Below are positions 58,489-64,000 of a stretch of 64,000 nucleotides of DNA, in pieces. The notes under the pieces were generated by a model. It saw nothing but the letters and a program-made list of their open reading frames with translations. It made no database searches and was not told the origin of the DNA. Origin of the DNA: Verrucomicrobiota bacterium (GTDB lineage: Bacteria; Verrucomicrobiota; Verrucomicrobiia; Limisphaerales; UBA11358); contig JBEKRQ010000001.1 of assembly GCA_049517655.1 (NCBI GenBank), positions 749,379 through 813,378 on the forward strand, given 5' to 3'. Each line of letters opens with the position of its first letter. The first letter of the stretch is position 1. Position numbers and translations under genes: made by a program.

Positions 58489-58585
58489 GGGGGGATTTTG
58501 TCCGAAGCAGCTTCGAATTCAAAGCGGAAGAGACGGGAAAAACCAGTGCTGTCGCCGCTCGGAGCGTTTTTGCACTGGAAATAAA

Positions 58586-59029
58586 TCAAAATTTGCCGCT
58601 GCGGACGATTTTGACGATTTGTTTCACGACTTCGCGCGCGGCTTGTTCGACTTCCGGGGAAAGGGTTGTGCCAAAATTAAAATCACGGCCGCGGATGCTG
58701 AAAAGGATGGCGCGCGGCTCGCGGCCATGAAGTGTTTTGCACAGCGATAGCACATCAGCCGGAGTCAGATAATGGGCGACGGCGTGGCTTCGGAAACGCG
58801 GTGTGACGACGGTGCGTTGGATTGGCTCCGGCGCTTCGGGAATTGCTGCGTCTACGAAGATGACGGTGTCGAAACGGCTGATGGTCTCGGCAGCTTCGAT
58901 TTCAAGCTGTTGATCGGTCTCCAATTCCACCTCAGGCAGGTTCAGCGCAGCCAGTTGTTCGATGACGAACCAGCCGACGCCGTCGTCGCGACGGCTGCGG
59001 TTGCCATAGCCAATAACAAGGGTTTTCAT
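58586..59029 (-). CDS. hoxW: hydrogenase maturation endopeptidase (HoxW/HycI family)
   Basis: Motif VIGYGNRSRRDDGVG (GxGNxxxxDDGxG); 147 aa; lies between hoxH and hypF. Confidence 0.8.
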   Translation of the reverse strand: MKTLVIGYGNRSRRDDGVGWFVIEQLAALNLPEVELETDQQLEIEAAETISRFDTVIFVDAAIPEAPEPIQRTVVTPRFRSHAVAHYLTPADVLSLCKTLHGREPRAILFSIRGRDFNFGTTLSPEVEQAAREVVKQIVKIVRSGKF

Positions 59030-59046
59030 GAGTTACAACACGTATT

Positions 59047-59128
59047 GGTAGGGCGCGATGTCCCTATCGCGCCGTGGCTGGCCGCCGGTTTTCGCACGAG
59101 CGGCGCGCTGGGGACAGCGCGCCCTACC
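59047..59128. repeat. family-A element in the hoxH-hoxW spacer
   Basis: ggtagggcgcgatgtccctatcgcgccg...gggacagcgcgccctacc. Confidence 0.9.
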
Positions 59129-59138
59129 TAAAAATGAG

Positions 59139-60566
59139 TTACGAATTGCGTTGCAGTGTTTGCAACACTTTCCCGTCCGCGTCCACCAGTTCGACGTGTA
59201 TCGGCATCTGGCCCATGGCGTGGGTGGCGCAGCTCAAGCAGGGATCGTAGCAGCGGATGAGCGCCTCGACGCGGTTGAGCATGCCTTCCTTGAGTTTCTT
59301 TGCCTTGACGTATTTCCGTGCAATGGCCTGCACGCCGCGGTTCATCGCCAGGTTGTTATGGCCGGTGGCAACAATCAGGTTGGCTTTCTCAATCCGGCCA
59401 TCGGCGTCCACCCAATAATGATGGATTAACGTGCCACGCGGCGCCTCGATCACGCCCACACCCTCCCGTTGGGTCGGCTGGTTCGGCACCAGAATATCGG
59501 TGCTGGTGATGTCGGGGCTTTCCAGCAACTGCTGCGCGCGTTCCAGTCCGTAAAGTATCTCAATCAACCGCGCCCAGTGATAGTAGAACGAACTGGTCTG
59601 CACACGGCCCTTGGCGCGCCAAACTTTCAACTCCGCGTTGGCCTTCGGTGTCGCAATATGGCTGCAGAGGTTCACGCGCGCGAGCGGTCCCACGCGATAC
59701 ATACCCCGTGGATAACCGAGCTTTGAGATGAATGGGAACTTCATGTAAGACCACGGTTCGACCGCCTCGCTGATGTAATCCAGATATTTCGCCGGTGAAA
59801 TCTGGTCATGCACAATCCCGCCCCTGGCATCACAGAAGCGCAGATTGCCGTCGTATAACTCCAGCGCGCCGTCCGGCTGGACCAGTCCCATGTAGTTGGA
59901 ATCGAAGTTGGCGAAGTCTTCGACTTCCGCAAGATGCTGACGATGGTAGCCCTTGAGCAAATCAAGGGCGAACCGCGCGTGCTCGAACGCTTCGGGCAGA
60001 CCGCGCAGAATTTCGTCGCGTTGCGCCATTGTGAGGACCTTATTCACACCGCCGGGCACCGTGAAGTCCGCATGTATCTTGCGTCCGCCGACCGACTTGA
60101 TCAGTTCCTGGCCGAATTTGCGCAGCCGCACGCCTTTGATTGCAATGTCAGGCTTCAGCTGGATCAGACCGACAATATTGCGGATGGCCGGGTCGGCGTC
60201 GTAGCCGAGCAACAGGTCGGGTGCGCTCAAATGGAAGAAGCTAAGCGCGTGGGATTGGATGACTTGTCCCATGTGTATCAGTTCGCGCAGCATCTTCGCC
60301 GTGCGCGGAATCTCGCGGCCGACGATGACGTCGCAGGCCTTGGCGCTGGCCAGCAAATGGCTGACGGGGCAGATGCCGCAGACGCGCGGCGTGATTTGCG
60401 GCATCTCGGTGAAATGCCGGCCTTCGCAGAACTTCTCAAAACCGCGAAATTCCACGACATGGAAGCGGGCGTCGTCCACCTCGCCGCGGCTGTCGAGATG
60501 GATGGTGATCTTCGCGTGACCTTCGATGCGGGTTACGGGGTTGATGATGATGGTTTTGATCGTCAT
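59139..60566 (-). CDS. hoxH: [NiFe]-hydrogenase large subunit, bidirectional Hox type (group 3-like)
   Basis: RIEGH; N-terminal Ni-binding motif [10 protein letters not shown]; C-terminal [10 protein letters not shown]. Confidence 0.9.
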   Translation of the reverse strand: MTIKTIIINPVTRIEGHAKITIHLDSRGEVDDARFHVVEFRGFEKFCEGRHFTEMPQITPRVCGICPVSHLLASAKACDVIVGREIPRTAKMLRELIHMGQVIQSHALSFFHLSAPDLLLGYDADPAIRNIVGLIQLKPDIAIKGVRLRKFGQELIKSVGGRKIHADFTVPGGVNKVLTMAQRDEILRGLPEAFEHARFALDLLKGYHRQHLAEVEDFANFDSNYMGLVQPDGALELYDGNLRFCDARGGIVHDQISPAKYLDYISEAVEPWSYMKFPFISKLGYPRGMYRVGPLARVNLCSHIATPKANAELKVWRAKGRVQTSSFYYHWARLIEILYGLERAQQLLESPDITSTDILVPNQPTQREGVGVIEAPRGTLIHHYWVDADGRIEKANLIVATGHNNLAMNRGVQAIARKYVKAKKLKEGMLNRVEALIRCYDPCLSCATHAMGQMPIHVELVDADGKVLQTLQRNS

Positions 60567-60567
60567 G

Positions 60568-61167
60568 TCAGTCGTATCTTAAATTCTTTTCATTCCATTG
60601 CGGCGTGCGGCCAGCCAGCAATTCCGTCAGGACATACCAAATCACGTCCGCATCCGGCGGACAGCCGGGGATACTGAAATCAACCTTCACCACCTCTTGA
60701 AGCGGCCGCGCCTTCGGGCACAGCCCCGGCACGACAGGGTCATTGGGGATGCAACTGATGCGGTTGCTTTCAGCCTGCTCGTAAGCGCGCGCCAGGCAGT
60801 CCTTCAACGGAAACTGATTACGCAGCGCCGGGATGTTGCCTGTGATGGCGCAATCGCCAAGCGCAATGAGAATTTTGCAGCGGTCGCGCAGCATCTTCAG
60901 CTCATGTTCCTGATCGGTGTTGTTCACGCAACCCTCGACAATACCGACGTCCACCTGTGGCATATCCTTTACCTTGGTGTCCACGATTGGGCTGAACAGG
61001 ATGTCAATCAGCTTGAACAAATCCACCAGGCGCTCGTCCAGATCGAGGAATGACATGTGACAACCCGAGCAGCCGCTCAGCCACATTGTCGCCACGCGCA
61101 CCTTGGCGGGAGCCTTTGCAGTCGATACACTTGCTGATTTCTTCGTTGTTTTCCGTGTCTTGTTCAT
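60568..61167 (-). CDS. hoxY: [NiFe]-hydrogenase small subunit HoxY (NuoB-like)
   Basis: Proximal-cluster motif SGCSGCHMS plus further Cys ligands. About 199 aa, as in Hox-type small subunits. Confidence 0.85.
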   Translation of the reverse strand: MNKTRKTTKKSASVSTAKAPAKVRVATMWLSGCSGCHMSFLDLDERLVDLFKLIDILFSPIVDTKVKDMPQVDVGIVEGCVNNTDQEHELKMLRDRCKILIALGDCAITGNIPALRNQFPLKDCLARAYEQAESNRISCIPNDPVVPGLCPKARPLQEVVKVDFSIPGCPPDADVIWYVLTELLAGRTPQWNEKNLRYD

Positions 61168-62987
61168 GCAAATACGTTCTCCAAAATCGCCGCGTCTTCG
61201 CGCGCCTCGCCGCTGACTGGCAGCACGGGCCGCAGAGATAACTTGCGTCCTTCAAAATTGGTAATCGTGCCGGACTTCTCGCACCAGATGGTTGCGGGCA
61301 ACACAATCGCCGCCTTTTCGGTGAGCGCCGAACGGTAACTGGCCTGCACCACCACACAAGGAATTTGCTCCAATAGCTCCGGCACGCGCTCCTCTTCCAG
61401 AATCCGCGCACCGCCATCGGGCGCGTCGCTGGCGATGATGTGCAGGAGTTTCAATGGTTTGGCGTCCAGCCACGGGCCGATGTTTTCAATCGCCCCAATG
61501 CCGGCACCCGCCAAGGCGAGGCTGTTGCTGCTCACCGGCAAGCCGATATGTACGAGTTTCTGGCCGCCCGGATTATTTTCAAAAATCCGGATGAGCCGTT
61601 CCATCACAGTCATGCCGACCGGGGTCGTCGCGTCAAGGCCATACACCAATACGGGTCGTTGCGCGCCTTCGAGCACTTCGGCCACCCGATCCCAGAGTTT
61701 GCCCTCCAAACTGACGGCATGGGCGCAGACATTCGCATACTTGTCGAGGTCGCTTTTGTGCGCGTGGAGTATCAGCAATTTCGCACCGCGCTTGCGGACG
61801 GTGGTTCGGATGCGCGCAGCCACAACCCCATTGTCGCGGGATGGCTGGGCGCCGACGACGATGATGGCGTCTGCGTCTTCCAGGTTCCGCAACGCGTCGG
61901 CGCTAAAAGACGGCTTGTTGCAGAGCGCCGCCTCATTGGCGGCTACATACATACCAATGCGGTCAATCTTGCCGGCGAATTTTTTGATTGTTTGCGCTGT
62001 TTCGTTGGTCACGCGCGGGGCAACAAGCATCGCCATTTCCGCCTTTTGCGCGTCTTTTGCGGCCTTGCGAATGGCGGCAATCGCCTTGTCCCACGTGGTG
62101 GGTTGCAGTTTGCCGTTCTTATCGCGAAGCATCGGTTGGGTGATGCGTTCGCGCGGTTCAGCCCACGTCTCATACCGGCCTTTCACGCAGAGATGGCCGC
62201 GGTTGACGGGCGAATCCGGGTCGCCCCAAACGCTCACGATGCGGTCTTCCTTGACGAACACCTTCAGGCCACAGCCAACCGGACATTCGGTGCATGTTGT
62301 TAAGACCTGCTGGCAACTCGCGAGCGGCCCACGGAACGCGGCGGCCTTGTCAAACAACGCGCCAGTCGGGCAACTGGCAACGCACGCACCGCAAGACGTG
62401 CATGTCTCGGACGCGCCGAATTTCTTCAGCATGTCCACGATGATTAGGTTTTTGATGCCGCGATTGGCGACGTCGAGCGTGTGCACGCCTTCAATCTCAT
62501 CGCAGGTGCGAACGCAGCGCGTGCACAGGATGCAGCGGTTGTGGTCCAGCCCGAAATACCTGCCGGTAAGGTCAACCGGCAACGCCGGGTATAAATACTG
62601 ATACCTGATGCCAGTGATACCGTGGAGGTAACCCTGATGCTGCAGGCCGCAGTCGCCCTTGTTATACGGGCACATCGGGCAGATGTGGTTGCGTTCGCTA
62701 AAAAGCAACTCCAGTGTGGCCTTCCGCAAGTCCTGCAAACGCGGGCTGTTGGTGATGATTTTCGAACCGTTCACCGCCGGTGTGGCGCAAGACGGCACGA
62801 CCTTCGGACTGCCCTCAATTTCAACGATGCACATCCGGCAGCCGCCCCATGCAGTCAGTCCATCCAGATAGCACAGCGTTGGGATGTAAATGCCGTTGGC
62901 ACGGGCGATTTCCAGGATGGTCTGTCCAAGCTCGCCGTTGCAGGCTTTGCCGTTGATGGTGAGGGAAATTTTCTTGGTGGCAATCAT
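61164..62987 (-). CDS. hoxU: diaphorase Fe-S subunit: HoxU-like N-terminus fused to a NuoG/molybdopterin-oxidoreductase-like domain
   Basis: 2Fe-2S region (CYLDGLTAWGGCRMC) and 4Fe-4S motifs (HICPMCPYNKGDC, CILCTRCVRTC, CTSCGACVASCP). These are followed by a CTECPVGCG cluster and about 330 aa of molybdopterin-oxidoreductase-like sequence. Start set at MIATKK, with GGAG 7-8 nt upstream. Confidence 0.75.
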   Translation of the reverse strand: MIATKKISLTINGKACNGELGQTILEIARANGIYIPTLCYLDGLTAWGGCRMCIVEIEGSPKVVPSCATPAVNGSKIITNSPRLQDLRKATLELLFSERNHICPMCPYNKGDCGLQHQGYLHGITGIRYQYLYPALPVDLTGRYFGLDHNRCILCTRCVRTCDEIEGVHTLDVANRGIKNLIIVDMLKKFGASETCTSCGACVASCPTGALFDKAAAFRGPLASCQQVLTTCTECPVGCGLKVFVKEDRIVSVWGDPDSPVNRGHLCVKGRYETWAEPRERITQPMLRDKNGKLQPTTWDKAIAAIRKAAKDAQKAEMAMLVAPRVTNETAQTIKKFAGKIDRIGMYVAANEAALCNKPSFSADALRNLEDADAIIVVGAQPSRDNGVVAARIRTTVRKRGAKLLILHAHKSDLDKYANVCAHAVSLEGKLWDRVAEVLEGAQRPVLVYGLDATTPVGMTVMERLIRIFENNPGGQKLVHIGLPVSSNSLALAGAGIGAIENIGPWLDAKPLKLLHIIASDAPDGGARILEEERVPELLEQIPCVVVQASYRSALTEKAAIVLPATIWCEKSGTITNFEGRKLSLRPVLPVSGEAREDAAILENVFA

Positions 62988-62991
62988 GGTT

Positions 62992-64000
62992 TCACTCCGC
63001 ATCAATGTGACTTCCTTTCGTCGCCGCCGATTTTGACGGTGAAAGGCGCAGATTGCCGCACACACCCGCCACGCAATGGTGCTCGCGGATGTGCTGCTCG
63101 TATTCGTGCCGGAAATACTTCAACGTTGTCAGCACCGGATTCGGCGCCGCCTGGCCGAGACCGCAGAGGCTGGCGTCACGGACGACGACGCAAAGAGCCT
63201 CGAGTTTGTCGAGGTCGGTAAGCTCGCCTTCGCCTCGGCAGATTTTCTCCAGCAGATTCAGCATCTGCTTGGTGCCGACGCGGCAGGGCGGACATTTGCC
63301 GCAGGATTCGTCGCAGCAAAACTCCAGGAAAAACCGGGCGACGTCCACCATGCAGGAATCCTCGTCCATGACAACCATGCCGCCGGAACCCATGATGGAG
63401 CCAAGTTTCTGAAGCGTCTCGTATTCGACCGGGGTGTCGAGATGTTGAGCAGGGATGACTCCCCCGGATGGACCGCCGGTCTGGACGGCCTTGAATTGTT
63501 TGCCGTCAGGAATGCCGCCGCCGATTTCGTAAATGATGTCGCGCAACGATGTGCCAAACGGAACTTCAACCAACCCGGTGTTTTTGATCTTGCCCGCGAG
63601 CGCGAAGACTTTGGTGCCCTTGGTCTTCTCGGTGCCGAATGTGGAATACCACGCGGCGCCTTTGCGGATGATGACCGGTACGGCGGCCCAGGTTTCGACA
63701 TTATTGATGTTGGAGGGTTTGCCCCAAAGGCCGCGTTGTGCCGGGAACGGCGGACGCGGCATCGGTTGGCCGCGCCGGCCTTCGATGGAACGCATGAGCG
63801 CGGTTTCCTCGCCGCAAACGAATGCGCCGGCGCCGATGCGGAGTTCGAGGCCGAAATCGAATCCTTTCTCAAAGAGGTTTTTGCCGAGCAAACCGTGTTC
63901 GTAGGCTTGATTGATGGCGATCTGGAGGCGTTTGATGGCCAGCGGATACTCGGCGCGGATGTAAATGAACCCGCGGTTGGCGCCCATCGCGTAACCGCCG
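62992..64000 (-). CDS. hoxF: NAD(P)H-binding diaphorase subunit HoxF (NuoF-like), 5' end outside the window
   Basis: Motifs [19 protein letters not shown] and [10 protein letters not shown]. The reading frame stays open to the window edge. Confidence 0.85.
   Translation of the reverse strand, partial: GGYAMGANRGFIYIRAEYPLAIKRLQIAINQAYEHGLLGKNLFEKGFDFGLELRIGAGAFVCGEETALMRSIEGRRGQPMPRPPFPAQRGLWGKPSNINNVETWAAVPVIIRKGAAWYSTFGTEKTKGTKVFALAGKIKNTGLVEVPFGTSLRDIIYEIGGGIPDGKQFKAVQTGGPSGGVIPAQHLDTPVEYETLQKLGSIMGSGGMVVMDEDSCMVDVARFFLEFCCDESCGKCPPCRVGTKQMLNLLEKICRGEGELTDLDKLEALCVVVRDASLCGLGQAAPNPVLTTLKYFRHEYEQHIREHHCVAGVCGNLRLSPSKSAATKGSHIDAE

Noticed and set aside
61435-62601. 388-aa plus-strand ORF (also 61440..62303)
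   Set aside because: Antisense to the hoxU-like gene, whose Fe-S cysteine motifs are clear.

Overview
This 64 kb chromosomal window is GC-rich and gene-dense. By gene content and repeat style it looks like a PVC/Verrucomicrobiota-type bacterium, but that placement is low-confidence inference. Most of the window is housekeeping. It carries acnA, two tandem peroxiredoxins, pgsA, purE and glnS. A long minus-strand block follows: tsaD-ctp-ispD-recJ-terC-secDF-yajC-ispG-rseP-dxr-cdsA. After that come tRNA-Ala(CGC), an SDR, an lptF/G-like permease and an AraC/PocR regulator. An anaerobic energy module fills the right end: ADP-forming acetyl-CoA synthetase fused to GNAT, PFOR/nifJ, a DHOD-like protein, adk, hypEDCF, hoxW and hoxHY, a long hoxU-like gene, and a partial hoxF.

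Accessory content is concentrated at 9.7-13.0 kb. It holds a stand-alone GHKL ATPase fused to a RecB-like PD-(D/E)xK nuclease, which I propose as a single-gene defence candidate, plus a GH10 xylanase, three copies of a ~55 bp repeat and a hairpin-rich element bounded by inverted repeats. A second accessory region at 13-21.8 kb holds TlpA-type thioredoxin paralogs, an ABC-2 permease pair and an 800-aa beta-propeller gene bracketed by a 133 bp duplication.

The most unusual signal runs across the whole window. Several families of short palindromic elements and 7-bp tandem arrays occur in intergenic and intercistronic spacers. The same elements also sit in frame inside essential genes (glnS, hypF, ispG, acnA, recJ). 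This resembles the Rickettsia palindromic elements. I recognised no rRNA, CRISPR array, transposase or integrase.
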